Notes: generated by a model from the letters alone, not told the origin. Positions 12,698 through 26,574 are shown, counted from the first letter of the whole stretch. The stretch is DNA of 54,201 nucleotides, filler included, from Sphacelaria rigidula (GCA_964200075.2; 4 parts of 4 records of this genome joined end to end with filler, not necessarily neighbours in it), one strand, 5' to 3'. Translations and numbers: made by a program.

Positions 12698-13319
12698 CAG
12701 GCTGGGCCGCCCAAGAAGCCACCAGGAAATTTGAAACGCATCTACTTTGCTCAATTTTGGATCGTTGTCCATGACATTTTGACACGATGTACAGGACGTA
12801 TGTGCGAATACCAAATCTTTCCCCCTGTGTTTTTTTGTTTTTCTTCTTCGTGAGTTATTGGCAATTTTGTTCCGATTTATTTTTCTGAAATATTCCGTCG
12901 CCAATAACTCACGAGGAGAAGGAAAAAAACACACGGGAGGAACGAAGGGGTGTTTGCACATGCGTCCTGTACATCATGTCAAAAATTCATCGAAAACGAC
13001 TGAAAATTGAGCTCGGGAATTGTGCTACAACTTGTGGGGCACTACGCGGCACAACCGACTGTAACCGAAAATCCAATCTTAGCCATTTTTTTTGGGCTAA
13101 TTCCGCCGCACGTAGTGCCCTCAACTCTCTACACTTTCGCACTTGACTACAGTTTGGCATTTTGTGTTATGAAACCTTGTCGAATCGCAGTGCTACATGG
13201 ATTTGAAGGCGCGCGTTGATTTGCCGATGACCACGATGTGTCACGGTAGGCACAACTCGCGATACATCGTCAGTTAAAACGGGCTGAAGGAAAGTGAGCC
13301 TCTTAGGCAGACCAGCCTG
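12698..13319. mobile_element. Tc1/mariner-type MITE with TA flanks and long imperfect inverted arms
   Basis: TA|caggctgggccgcccaaga ... tcttaggcagaccagcctg|TA within (TA)n. Internal arms at about 12770-12862 and 12900-12985 (cgtgagttattggc/gccaataactcacg; gatgtacaggacg/cgtcctgtacatc). Confidence 0.7.
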
Positions 13320-13479
13320 TATATATATTATTTTCAGGCCGTCGCACAGGATTGTTGAGTTGAGGCGGTGATGTTTCAGGTGCAGCAATCTAAGCACATG
13401 TTGTTCTGTTTTCGTATATGATGGATAGTATGACACGGGCATACATACTCGACAATCGTGTTTGTATTATTATCTTCGG

Positions 13480-13579
13480 NNNNNNNNNNNNNNNNNNNNN
13501 NNNNNNNNNNNNNNNNNNNNNNNTTAATTAATTAANNNNNNNNNNNNNNNNNNNNNNNNNNNNNNNNNNNNNNNNNNNN
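13480..13579. other. Artificial contig-joining spacer
   Basis: N44-TTAATTAATTAA-N44, exactly 100 bp, with stop codons in all six frames. Confidence 0.97.
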
Positions 13580-15986
13580 GTGGGGCGTCCTCATTTGTTG
13601 CTTGCCTTAGTCGTTTGACCATTGACCATGCATCTTTTTCGAGACGGAGTACCGTTACTTCTCCTAATAGAGACACCGCCAACATTTCAGTGCTTTTCAC
13701 GTCCTCCCATACATTACACAAAACATTCTGAATGCCTTTTTCCCGCCCTGTTCCGCCGACAGTGGCCACCATCTCCTCTTTTTTCTCTGAGGGGGGGGGG
13801 GTCACAGCGGCATCATTGAAGCACCAGGATGACACATTTCTCTCAGAGTAGACTGTCAGTCAAATACGACCGGGAAGATTCGAGGTCTCATCGGTTCCGT
13901 ATCGATAAGCCCTGAGTGTTCATGATCAAAATCATAGAAACACTGAAGCTTCGAATGTCTTGTGAAAGCACTCCCTCAAATAATCAAACCGACACATCGA
14001 AGCCCTTTTGATATAATTCAGCAATCAAGTGTTTTGGGTGCATGCGTACCCCACGATAAAAAACTGGGGACAAGTATGCTCTGACCTCCTACACGCGCCT
14101 TCAGTCGTCGCCCAAGAATGACTCCATATCTGGACCACCGCGCACCATGCCTTCTGCTATAGATCGTCCTTGTGAAGGATCGCCGAACAGCTCCTGGCAT
14201 GCATGTACTGTACATCGGTGTAGTATCGAAAGTGTTATTGCATCACAGGATTGTATACATATGAACATCTCGACCTCTGCAGGTCGTTGTGCATGTTGGA
14301 GGTAGGGGTGATTCCGGACACATCTATCCGCAGTCACCCAGGACTGTCCTGTCCGGTTGTACAGATGTTCTGCTAGCCTGTCCCTTGTGCCCCTAGCCCC
14401 AATGCTGACTGATGACAGCACAGAGAGACCTCTAGTGTAGGATCCATATAGAGATGATGCCACCTTTTCTCTCTCTTGGTTTGGCACCGCCGCTAATCCC
14501 AATCGCCGTTGGAACAACATTATCTCTCCGTATCATGATCGCAAGCTTTCACTGAAAATAAGTGACCTTTACAATGAAAATCTCGGTAGACCCAGTGCTA
14601 CCTGCCTGGAATTGATGAGCGGCCACATGCAAGGTTTCGATTTCCTGATCTCACGAACATACTGGTGTTTCTCGTCCACCACAAACTCACTTGCATCGTG
14701 CGACGGCTTAGACGATGGCTAGGGACTGTGTTAAATCATTCCGGGTGGTTATGTGTCCATGCGAGGCCCATGAGACGAACGTCCGGAGGTACCGTAAAAA
14801 CAGGGGGAATGCAACTAAATCCCGCATATACGGGAGGTATAGCTAAAATTCCAGCATGCGGGGGGTATGTTATAAGATAGAGAAAAAGATAGCAATGCAG
14901 CTGGGATCTCGAGGTGCAGCTGCCTGGAGATGCCATGATTTCAGCAAACCAAGCTCCAACAAGAATACACTGCACAAGACCTATGCTTCTCTCTTCATAC
15001 GATTTCACGCGAATCCTTACTTGTTACGCGGGTTCTTCATTTTACTGCTGGGAGGATGAGAGACTCACGTGTTGGTAGCATATATTATTATTCCTAGTAG
15101 TAGCTCTCCAGCTCAGTATAGCCGGGGCGCAGCTATAGGAGCAGAGCGTGGCGGTGGTGCCAGGGTAGCAGAAGCCAGCAAGTGAGGAAGCACGCCAGAA
15201 AGTGGTAGGATAGGGGTGGCTTGTGGCCACATTGCCATGATAATCGCAATAACAAGCGTGGTACAACACGTGACGGGACCCAGGGTTTACTAGCAGACCC
15301 GCACATCCTAAGAACATCTCGCAACGCTTCTGAGCATCATGACATTTTGCGCTACCCAACCAAAAGTATCAACAGACTTCTATATTTGTCGTGATAAAGC
15401 TTTCCTAAATAGACCCCGAAAGGCACTTGAACCAAAACGCAGCATACGCATACGGTTCGGAGAACACACTCCTGGTGGAAGTTGGCAGAAGAGATCGAAT
15501 CACCCACGGAGTTCCCACGTGCCAGCCAAGACCAGTTGCTACGGTCCAATTCCCCCCTCTTCAACCAACGTGTGTTTCTCGACCATTATTTACAGTTGGT
15601 GTGAGTCCAACGTATTGAACAGCTCCGCAAACAAGATACTCGTGAGTTGAGGAACAGACATCGTTCAGGGCCGAGGGGGACCCCACTCATTTTGACGTAC
15701 CTAGAGCATCGAGTTTAAGGAAGAGGTGGATCTCGTGGAGTGGTTCAAACGGAAGCTCGGGCCCACAGCGCCAAGTCGGTACTTTAACTGACACGATCCA
15801 TCAACCCTTATTTTGCGAAAGAGTCAGGACATCTTCTCAGGTCTTCCTCGCGAACAGGTGGATCAGTGGCAACAGTGTTACCATTTCGGATCTCCCAACA
15901 CTTTACTACTAGCTTTTGATTGCTCTTTGGATACTTCGGAACCCCGAAACATGACGAACTAATGATAAGAGGCAAAAATGAGCACA

Positions 15987-17334
15987 CCACCTATTTCAGC
16001 CGAAAAGTAGGTACGGGTGCACGAGTGGTTCTACGGTAGGCGTACGCATTTTCTTTCTGAGGCTCTGCACTGTCAGAGTCTCTGGATGACAAACATAGGG
16101 CCTTAGCGTGTAGCCTCAGAAAAAAATATGACTAAAACGTAAGCCCCTACCGAAGAATCCCTCAACGCACGAGTTGGAATTGTCCGGGCTACTCCTAAAC
16201 CGCTCAAGAACCAATCCAGGCGCAAAGGCAAGGTACCCACCGCCCATGCAAAAGATATACAGCAACTTTCGCCAAAAACGAGCGCGATTTAGGTCCGAAA
16301 GCACCGTGGTAAACAAGGGTATCGAAACGTACCCTATTTTGTCCGACAATGGGGTAGGTATAGTGTAGCCACCAAAAACTACTCAAGCTTTCTTGTACTC
16401 TATTTTGTCTTGTGCTTCCCCCTATAATGTCCACTGTTTAACCTTATCTGACTACCATCGACCCTTCACAGCAGCCGTTCAACCCACGCACTGCACAAAA
16501 TCGAATGGCCCGAAACATCTCCAACGCCTATTTTCACCTACTTCTACGGCCTGGAGAATCGAAGCCCCGGCATCAATGATTTCCACCCGGAACAAACGAG
16601 ACCCCTGCGGAGTGATTGACACGCCGAACGACCGCTGGGCACGTGCGCTCGCGCAAACGGCACAACAAGTTGCGAAACACGCAACACAACCCAAACGGCA
16701 CGATAACATGCGAAGCACGGAACATAAAGCAGAGTAACTCGCAAAACATGAAACACGAAGCAACGTCGCAACAACTTGCTCCGTATTCCGCGGCATGTTG
16801 TGCCGTCTGCAACGGAGCGCACTCAACGGTCGTGCGGTGTGTCACATACTCCACAGGGGTCTCATTTGGTTATGATGGACATCACTGAAGGCGGGGAATT
16901 GAATCTCCAGGCCTCAGGAAAAATTCAACAGGAGCATTGGAGATGCTCTTCGGCCACTCGATTTTGTGCCGTGCGGTGAGATAGACGGTGGATGTGGAAG
17001 GCCGATGGTGGTCAACGAGGGGTACACGTTGAGCAATGTAGGGGGCAGCATAAGACAAATAAGGTACAATAACTTGCTAGATTTTGGTGGGTACAGTATA
17101 CCTACCCCCGTTGTCGGACACAATAGGGTACCCTTCGAGACCCTTGTTTTCCCCGCGGTGCCTTTCGGGCCTAAACTGCGCGCTTTTGTCGCGAATATAT
17201 TGGTGCACATACTATCCATGGGCTGTGGGCGTCTTGCATTCGCGTTTGGATTGAGTTTTTAGTGGTTTGGGCGTAGCGCAAAAAGCTTCAACTTGTGCGT
17301 ACACCTGTACCTACTTTTTGGCTCGAATAGATGG
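15987..17334. mobile_element. Diverged foldback-type element with inverted arms of about 600 bp
   Basis: Collinear inverted matches: aaaagtaggtacgggtg/cacctgtacctactttt; gtaccctattttgtccgacaatggggtaggtata/tatacctacccccgttgtcggacacaatagggtac; ggcctggagaatc/gaatctccaggcc. The centre is near 16740. Confidence 0.7.
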
Positions 17335-18572
17335 GCGGCGATGTACCCACACGCGTGTCTTTTGCCCATGAATCTTTCCCCACCATCAAGCCTCCCACAG
17401 TGTGCAACGCACCCAGGACCATCAGAAAACTCCAGTCGGAGTTCGCCGCGATGAGCTATCTAGACATGGCCGGCGCACGCTGTGGCCATCATGTTCGTTT
17501 TGATCGCGAATGATGGCTTGCCCGGCGATATTGAGTTGTCAATACTTCCGCGCTCGGAGGGTTCCAAGAATATTGTCCAATGAACAGGTGACCGCTCATC
17601 ATTTCGGGCTAGGCTCGGAACCAAATAATGGGTCAATACTCCCATGCACAAAAGTAACGAGGATCACACAAGACTGGGTCCAGTAACTTCAAGAAAAGAG
17701 GAATGCGCTCCACTTAATTGCAAGCGCTACACAGATTCTTGCATATGCTTAAATGCCAACGGATCACAACAGTGGCGGGCGAAATCTGTGGTATACAGTA
17801 GTTTAGTATAAACGCGATTTATTGGCGTAGTTTTGTCGACGAAAATACTGTAAGCGGGACGCAAAAAACGCTTGATAGTAGGCGATGACAACGGAAGCAC
17901 AGCTCGCAAGTGCGCTTCCATCAGAAAGCGTCACAGCAGTCACGCGACACATCCCAGATCCCTGTATCACACCAACAGAGCACGGCATCAAGGGTCAGTG
18001 AAGGCATTTCATTCAAAACGAAGAAGATGGTACAAGGCGAGCAAGTCACCCAGCACATCCATGGTGTACAGGTCTCCACGAGGCTTTTCGGTACGACGAT
18101 GAAAGCAAGAGAAGATCAGGCCACACAGACAGACTCACGGGCAGCAAAACACATCGTATACTGCGCTGAGAATCTACAATCCACGGGAAACAGCATACGG
18201 GAAACAGCATACTCGAGTGGAATCTCGTTCAAGCCCTCGACCGAAAGCCGGGGGATGCCATCCGTGTCCAAGCTAGCCGTCCATTGTCTCCAGGGTATTC
18301 ACCTTTTGTGTATACATCGCTTCACCTGCTCCTCTGTAGCTGTACTACGGCGTGAGCCTAATCGCTCAAAACAGGAAACACAGAATGCTTGAAAAAAACT
18401 CTACACTGTACAACGCAGGATACAAGTATACTGCTGCCCTCAACTCCGGGGCGCGTCGGCTGACATCTACGGTCCTGTTTACTCAACACGTACACACATC
18501 CACACACGCAGGGCCTGTTGAAGGACAAAAATATTCCAATCAAACTACCTCTACGTGAAAATACGGCCAACA

Positions 18573-18682
18573 CACGGGTGGCCGCTGGGGTGCCCGCAAC
18601 CTCAAATTTGGACGTGACAGACCTGGTGCAACGTCTGTAACGTCCAAATTTGAGGTTGTGGGCACCCCAGCGGCCACCCGTG
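18573..18682. repeat. 110-bp near-perfect hairpin (tiny MITE or miRNA-like foldback)
   Basis: 50-bp arms with 2 differences and a 10-nt loop (ctggtgcaac). Termini CACG...CGTG are flanked by CA on both sides. Confidence 0.8.
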
Positions 18683-21600
18683 CAACCGAAATGCTGCCAC
18701 AAAAAACGACAGAACACAATAATAGCGAACTACAAGTTGCCTCACAGCTTCTCACACGCATCATTCTCGTCCAGTAAGTAATACACGCACCAACGTCCAC
18801 GCCATACGCACATGCAATGATGTCACCTCTTTTGGGGGGGTAAAATACCCGCGTATGAACAACGAAAAAAATCTACAGCGTTTCTGCCTCGTGAGGTCAT
18901 GCTGAGGAATATGACAGGCACAGTATCCCATGGCCTTTCCTTTGACTTCGCCCCCACGAGTTACCATGACGAAAATAGTGGGTCGTGAAAGCCACGAGAA
19001 ATCAACGCAAAAACAGGGGGACGGGGACCTCCGGAAAAGGAAAAGACGAGTCGAATGTTCGAACAAGAAGAAAAAAAACTGAGATGAAAGACCGACACCC
19101 CTCCCTTCTAAGATCCGCACCGTCCTAGTGTACACGGGGTGTGTCGTTTCGAGAAATGTCCTACATCCTGGTCCGGAAAACATAACTCTCCTAAAATAGA
19201 CTACAGTTTACAAGATGCGAAAAATGGCGCGACACCGTTCCAGTAACCGTAGGATCATGCAAGGCGTCTCTCACTTTCGTACTGTGTACCTCACTAAAAC
19301 CTCTTGTACCCACCGCAAGACGCAGTGACTGCCTAAACAACAGCAGCACGCAATGACTACCACCGGTGCAATTTTGTTCGCAACGAAACACGCTGTCTTT
19401 GTTTCACTTCTTGCTGTATGACTTCTCTCTTTCTAACGCCCAGCTGCCAAAGGGCAACACATTCATGTATAATCGCGTCATTTATTTCATCAACAGCGTG
19501 TCCGTCCTTGTTCACGCGTCAACGCTACAAACGTTACAAGTTTCGGAAACGACGACAACGGACGTCGGTCACTCTTCCACCACCGGAAGCAACAGCCCTA
19601 CACACCTCCATCACGGCACGCACAAGGAGTGCCCACATCTAAACCGATACATTGCGGGCCCCGCTTCTCCACTTGACGTCTTCGTGGCGAATATTACGTC
19701 GTACTCTCGGACAATGCCCAACAAAAATGCCCCCGAAAGAAGAGACAGCCAGTACCATCTTCGTCGTGTAAGACAGCACGGCCAACACAGGAGAGAAGTT
19801 GCAATTATTGTTGTTTCAATATACACATGGACAGTAACAGCAACCGTGTTGTTTGTATATACCAGGGAAAATCGAGGTGCACAAATCCTCGGGATACTGA
19901 GTACAAGAGATATTGACCCGCACACATGCTCGCGCTGAACCAGTACATTCCTTCAGCAGAAGAGCAAAAGAAGGCTTGACTACGATAATAATTGATAAAG
20001 CACCCGCATGAAGTGCTTAGTTTTTGTTGTCTAATTACAAATACATCGAGGCGGCATACATCTCTTCCGAAATACACAATATGGTACGAAGAGATTGTTG
20101 TGAAATGGGTGTCGAAATATCAAAGCATGCTCATATATCAAGGTATAGAAGAAACAAGCAGACGGGAATCATGCGTGATGATGAGAACCCTCCTCGCCAC
20201 TACCCCCCTCGAGAAAAAAACAATGTGAAGAGCAATCCCTCACAACTACCCTTTTCGCCAAGCCTGGTGGGGGGGGAAAAGCCACCCCCCTCCCCGTTCC
20301 CCCCCAAGTTAAGCACAACGAGACATGTTTTGAATCCCTACGTAAACGTAGGTCGCCAAACGTTTTTGAATTTGCCCAGGAAAAACCCTGGCCATGGATG
20401 TCTTTTGTAGCCACCCTCTACCCCCAAAAAATGGATGAAAACATCATACCGGCGACCACCTCATGATTGATACACCAAAACATGCTCCGTGAACATGTCC
20501 CCCGTTTCCTCATGCTCTACGGCGGTTCGCGCAACTCTGACGAATCCCCGTACCCTGCAGCATTACACAACAGTAGGTTTCCCCCTTGCGAAAAAAGGGG
20601 TAGGTACGGTAAGAGTGAAACGAGGCTCTTCCCAACCCTTCGATCCAAGGGTCCCACAAACCAAGTACACCGTCAGTCACTTCGTAAAAAATCTCGCTCT
20701 ATTCGCACCCAAGACGACCTGGAGTACATGCAAACTATAGACCCCACAGGTGATAGAAGGATTTCCCTCTCAAAACCCAAATATGATTATTCCGACTAGT
20801 ATGTACTACGATAAATCCTTTTCCAACACACGCCCACTCGCATGCAGCTCTACGTCTTCACTCAGATGGTTCCCGCAGTTTTTCCGCGAAGCAGATTCTG
20901 TGACCTCGGGTCATCATCTATTTCCACCGTCGGAGTATCACCATGCTCCGAAGATGACGCAGGCTACCGGCCTGCCCCATCTCTCACCTCTCCTCCACGC
21001 CCGTGTCAACGCCTACACAGATACATACCTCATCCCAGCGATTCATTCTCATGACCCATGAATCAAGCTATCGTTCCTATGCTCAGGGATGGTCGCGTCA
21101 ATTCATACAAGCAAAAGCGCGCCATCAGCGACCAACGAAGATGGCGCAGCCAGTCGTTACGGTAGGGGCGGCGGCGGCCACATAAAAGCGACCCTCAAAT
21201 CAGCAGTGCCATGCAGGACGGAACCGCTGACCACTCGCCATCGACTGAACTCATCGACCAGCGAGAACAAATATGTGGGACAGCAACCACACTAGGAATG
21301 TAGCCGGCAAACCAAAAGCCAACCCTGGACAAAAGGGGCAATAGCAACCGAAACTCGACAGAGTCTGACGTTCCGGCGAGAAGCGAAAAAACGCATCTTC
21401 TCTCTTCATCAGCTATTTCCGTAGCTAGCGTCTACTGCCACCCGAGCGCTTTCATGCAGAACAATCATTGCGCCAAGTGGTTGGGTGTGATATTTGACGC
21501 CATTTCTCAGTGAATCGTGGCACTGAAACTTCATCTACAGGATCGGCATCTTCCCAGCGACAGGGAGTAACGCAGACAACGGCGCCGGCCCGAGGGCCGC

Positions 21601-22163
21601 GACCGTGCACGAATCTGCGTCAGCTCCAACGGCACCCCAATCACGCACCATGGTGATGACAATATTGGATACCGCAGCCACCTGGGTACGGACAAGATTG
21701 TGCACATTTGGGCAACGAGCCGTCAGTCTTCGGGCTATTGTGGATATTACGTGCATGAGCTTGTGGAGTCCGCAAGGTATAGGTGGGCCCTTCAGCTACG
21801 GTGCCGTTCAAGCCCCCCGTTCTCTCTTGTCAGACATACACACCTGCGCTCCCTTTACGTGATCAGATTCCTGCACAAATCATGGTAACGTCGGCAGCAA
21901 GTACTCTACACAGCACCTGAAAAGCGACGTGGACATGGCTTTGTTGGTGAACACTGGTACATTTAGGACTGTGCACTAACCATCTTTCTTTTGGGATATA
22001 CAAAACAGCCCATCCGTGATGTGCACACAGTGACTAGTTGCGCATGGACCTACCCACGAAATGGATATTTTTTACTCGAAAAACTTTCACCTTGACATTA
22101 TCCACCGCATGTACGCATGCCAAAATACTCTCGGGGATTCGCTGATCGTTCTACAGTTTAGAC

Positions 22164-22517
22164 GTGTGTGTTGTTGTGCTGTCGTCCCATATATTCTGGG
22201 CGCCAGTCTACACCTTTCGGTATATGTGGGCGCATCAGCCGGGGTCACACAGGAGGAAGGTCAACACAAGAGCTTTTTCTTTTCTTTGTTATTAGTACCC
22301 CACCATCTTCCTGCTACTTCCCTTTTTTTTTTATCGCGAGAGGGGTTCAGCATTCCTTTTCCCTCGTCGATCGTAGCGTCGAATTTTTGTGTACCCACGA
22401 CATAGTCGCTCTCCACTGTTGAGCATGGTGTCGGAAAAATCCCAGATAGCTCCGGGAATTGAACCCCACTACTCAACCATCAGAAGGTTTCGAGATTACC
22501 CACTGAGCCACTGGGGC
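22164..22517 (-). mobile_element. tRNA-derived SINE-like element, full-length copy
   Basis: On the minus strand: A box TGGCTCAGTGG, stem-loop aacc-ttctgat-ggtt, B box GGTTCAATTCC, and the same body and CA tail as the other copies. AGACGT occurs near both ends (possible TSD). Confidence 0.8.
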
Positions 22518-22686
22518 GGTACAGACGTACCCGACGGAAAGCAAACTGGAAATACTCGCTTGAGGAAACTCGAGTGATGGAAATCGGGGAACACGACGGA
22601 GAGCAAAACTAACGGAGTAAACTGAAAACCGACAAGCAAGCTTAAAACAAGAGGGAAAAATAGACAGAGGAAAAAAAAGAAAGTTC

Positions 22687-24173
22687 CAAGGGTAGGTCGA
22701 GTAGAGTATGCTCAATACTCGGTATTTTTGAAGAGTCATGCTTTTAGTACTCAAAATTTGAGTGGAGTATTGGAAGCCGTACTCAACGTACTCGAAATTT
22801 GAGTAGAGTATTCGAGACCATACTCGACCTACTCAAAATTTGAGTAGAGTATTGAGGTCATACTCAAGTGATACTCTATACTCAAGTATCACTGAGAGTG
22901 CTTGCTCAATATTTGAGCAGAGTATTTGAGACCATAGTCGACCTACTCAAAATTTGAGTAGAGTATTTGGGGCCGTACTCGGCCTACTCAAAATTTGAGT
23001 AGAGTACTTGAGACCATACTCGACCTACTCAAAATTTGAGTAGAGTATTTGGGGCCGTACTCGACCTACTCAAAATTTGAGTGGAGTATCTGAGGCCGGA
23101 TCCGATGTACCGAAAACATAAACAGTAACTTCAACTTCAATATTCAAGTTCGTACGCAAGTTACTCAAACTCGGGGAGAGGAAACACCGAGGCATTCCTG
23201 GAGTTGCCCACCCATGATGAGTGTTGATTTGAGGTCAATCTGTCTTGTCAAACCGTGGCCAGTAGAGTCGCTCATTTTGATGATACCTACTCAACTACTC
23301 GATAACTCGATTACTCGATGAGTAGCACCCTACCCTGAAAGTGATATCGTAGGCGTTAAGAAGTATCGAGTATGAACTGCCGTGGGTGGGGACTGGTGAG
23401 ATGGGGCGCTGGGGCAAGTAGGTTCGTTCACCTGCACGCTTCTCGATTTTTTTATAGCCACCATGAGCTCGTACTCCTTGTTGGCTGTGATGTAATGCCG
23501 CCCATCTAGTTGATGGCCATCGTTCGCCCATGTATTCAACATCGTCTGTGAACTGACGTCACGAAGTAGCCGACTGTCAGGGGTACTCACCATACCCAAG
23601 GGGTACTCTATACTCAAGTTTTACTGAGAGTGCTTACTCAATATTCAAGTTGAGTATTTGAGGTCGTACTCAACGTACTCGAAATTCGTGTAGAGTATTT
23701 GAGACCATACTCAACGTACTTAAAATTTGAGTAGAGTATTGATAATCTATACTCAAGTATTACTGGGAGTACTTACTCAATATTTGAGTAGAGTATTTGA
23801 GGTCGTACTCGACCTACTCAAAATTTGAGTGGAGTATTTGAGACCGTACTCAACGTACTCGAAGTTTGAGTAGAGGATTTGAGACCGTTCTCGACCTACT
23901 CAAAAGTCGAGTAGAGTATTGAGGTCATACTCAGGTGATACTCTATACTCAAGTATTACTGAAAGTGCGTACTCAACATTTGAGAGGAGTATTTCAGGTC
24001 GTACTCGACCTACTCGAAATTTGAGTAGAGTATTTGAGGCCGTACTCGACCTACTCAAAATTTGAGTAGAGTATTCGAGGCCGCTCTCGACCTACTCAAA
24101 CGTCGAGTAGAGTAAATACTTGAGTATTTTACTCGAGTACTCAAGAGTACATACTCTACTCGACCTACCCTTG
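22687..24173. mobile_element. Non-autonomous TIR element (hAT-like) filled with ~41-bp subterminal repeats
   Basis: Perfect 24-bp TIR caagggtaggtcgagtagagtatg. Many copies of tactcgacctactcaaaatttgagtagagtatttgag(a/g)ccg. The TSD is degenerate (gaaagttc/gagtgttt). Confidence 0.8.
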
Positions 24174-25322
24174 GAGTGTTTTCAACGTTCGAATTGTCGA
24201 TGCACCTGATCGGGATTTTTTCCGCGGCATTTATCGTTGTCACTCCAACTGGTGGTATCGGTAGAAGTTGGTATAAAAATCAGGTCTTCCACTGGGACAA
24301 GTTCAAACCTTGCAAGGGCAGGTCGGGTAGGGTGTACCGAATACTGTCTGTATTCGGTATTTTGAAAAGTCATACTCTTGGGACCAAAACATTTGGGTAG
24401 AGTATTGAGGTCATACCCAAGTGATACTCTATACCCAGGTATTGCTGAGAGTGCTTACCCAAATTCGGGGGTCGTATTTGAGGTACCCAATCTACCCAAA
24501 ATTTTAGTAGAGTGTAGAAATCGTACCCACAGTATCCAACCTTTGGGCAGGTTAATGAGATCATATCCACTCTACCCACAGCTTGATTAGAATAAATACC
24601 CGGGTGTGCCACCCGAGTATTCAAACGTACATACCCTACCCGATATGCTTTTAGCTTTTTCGATCGAAAACATGCAGAGGAAAGGGGCGAAAAGGCAGTT
24701 GACTCCTCTCTTGCAGACCATCCGTTCATAAAACCATGCAAACCCCACACAACTCATTCTCAGCTACCACCACAAGCCTACAGCGTAAAGTATGAATTGG
24801 GCACAGGGATAGATACACTGCAGTAGTTGGGTATGATGCGCTTTATTTTTGTTGGTGGAAGCTTGAGCATCTGTTTTCATGCCCAGGATCGGCGACAGAA
24901 CTGCGTGGTTGGGTGGACGACCGACTTGCGTACACTCATGGACAGTGCAGGCAGTACAAAGCTGTACGGTGTTCAAGTCCTTCTCACATCCCTCTGTAGG
25001 CAGAGTACAGATATTCCCGCGCTGTCTGTACTGCACGTTGCACGCTTCTCTTTCACATCCTACTGTGCGAAACACGCACACATACGCTCAGGCACACTGT
25101 ATGCATGCAGCGCAGACGGTACAGGACTGTTCTGTAGACAAGCGAACACGTACTGCTTCCCGAATTTCGGTGTCCTTTTTTCGATCGAAAGCTCGTAAAT
25201 TCGCTTCGACGCTACTGGCAAAAATGGACGATTTTGCTCAATTTGAATCTCCACCGCATGTTCTTCGATCGAAAAATCATGCGCTGAGACACGGCCTTAC
25301 CCAGTATTTGGGTAGAATATTG

Positions 25323-26401
25323 CACACGTCGGACGGATCACTTTTTAAAGGACGCAGGTCATACAGCGTAAGTGTGAACACATCTGTGTACCCGATTGGG
25401 ATGATACAGTGCAACTAGTTACGGAACGCTCCTCGTGATCCGGATATCATCCATCAGGAGGGAGGTGTCTTGTACGGGTTATAAGGATACACAGGTTCTT
25501 CTTGACGTTTCGTGTACACCTGATTCGGATTACATAGGTGTGCCCAAGGAGGTGATGTACGGATTAACAGATCATAAAGATCACTCGTGGCAGGTTTGTA
25601 CGGATACACGGGTCATACAGATCATCAGACAGATATGTACGAATCACACGGGTTATGAGGATCAGTGATGACGCCATGTGTGCAGTGCCAATAATTTTAT
25701 GTACTTCGTGTAGCTGCTGCAGTCAACGGTCAACACACGGACTTGTGAACATGCACATTGTACCAGGGCCATACGGGTTGGCAGGTGAGGAATACTGAAT
25801 ACTGTTCATTGTAAACCTCATTGGGATGCGCCGACAGTGCGCATCTAAAGAAAAGATATGCACCCCTACCGTGGAACCACTCGGAATAAAATATACGTAC
25901 TTCATGTTCCATGTGCTCGGGTTGCTACAGCCAACATCCGGACTTGTGAAGATGCACTGCACCTGGGCCATACAGGTTAACAGGCGAGGGAGCTGAATAC
26001 TTTTTTCTTGCATACCCGATCCGTATCTTACCAGTCCAGGAAAACGTTTCTTCTGTACTAGATTCAGATTCCACAGGGAGGAGAGAACTTCTGGCGTACA
26101 TGAGATTCAAATCGCGCGCGTCGACAAGCTACTGTGCTTGCCTGACCCGAGTGATATAAATCACAACTATGTGATGCTGTACAGATGACACAGTTCTACA
26201 GACCAGCTGTACACGAAAGTGTATGTGTGTGTGAAGCGGGTCGTACAGCTCGTCGCTCGGCAGATATGTACGGGTCAAGTGGGTCTCACGGATCAGCATC
26301 GGACATACGTGCACGGGTGACAGCACACGTCAGACAGATCATGATCTATACCCCAAATGAGCTGACCCGGATCTGTTACGAGCTGATCCGTCCGACGTGT
26401 G
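25323..26401. mobile_element. TIR element nested within 24313-26911
   Basis: Perfect 18-bp TIR cacacgtcggacggatca. Flanks are GAATATTG and GAATATTA (7/8 match). A near-identical right terminus (tgatctgtccgacgtgtg) occurs at about 40855-40872. Confidence 0.8.
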
Positions 26402-26574
26402 GAATATTAAAATCGTACCCAATCTACCCAAAATCTGAGTAGAGTATTAGAGATCGTACCCAACTTACCCACATTTTGGGTAGGGTACTGAGGTCATACC
26501 CAAAGGATACTCTTTTCCCAGGTATCGCTAAGAGTGCTTACCCAAATCTGGGTATCGAATTTGAGGTCGTACCC

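Noticed and set aside
13524..13535. TTAATTAATTAA as a biological motif (e.g. a piggyBac TTAA target)
   Set aside because: It is centred in N runs and repeated identically three times, so it is an assembly linker.
13580..22100. Possible minus-strand gene in contig 2 (exon-like pieces at ~14101-14193, ~18300-18356, ~19645-19757)
   Set aside because: The pieces have plausible splice sites, but I could not join them into a phase-consistent model or recognise a protein family. RNA-seq is needed.
22440..22517. Functional tRNA-Gln gene
   Set aside because: The acceptor stem is not convincingly paired, the copies diverge from each other, and each continues into the same SINE body.
22700..24150. CRISPR-like array of ~41-bp palindromic repeats
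   Set aside because: The units are head-to-tail and degenerate with no unique spacers. There are no cas genes, the context is eukaryotic, and the array is enclosed by transposon TIRs.
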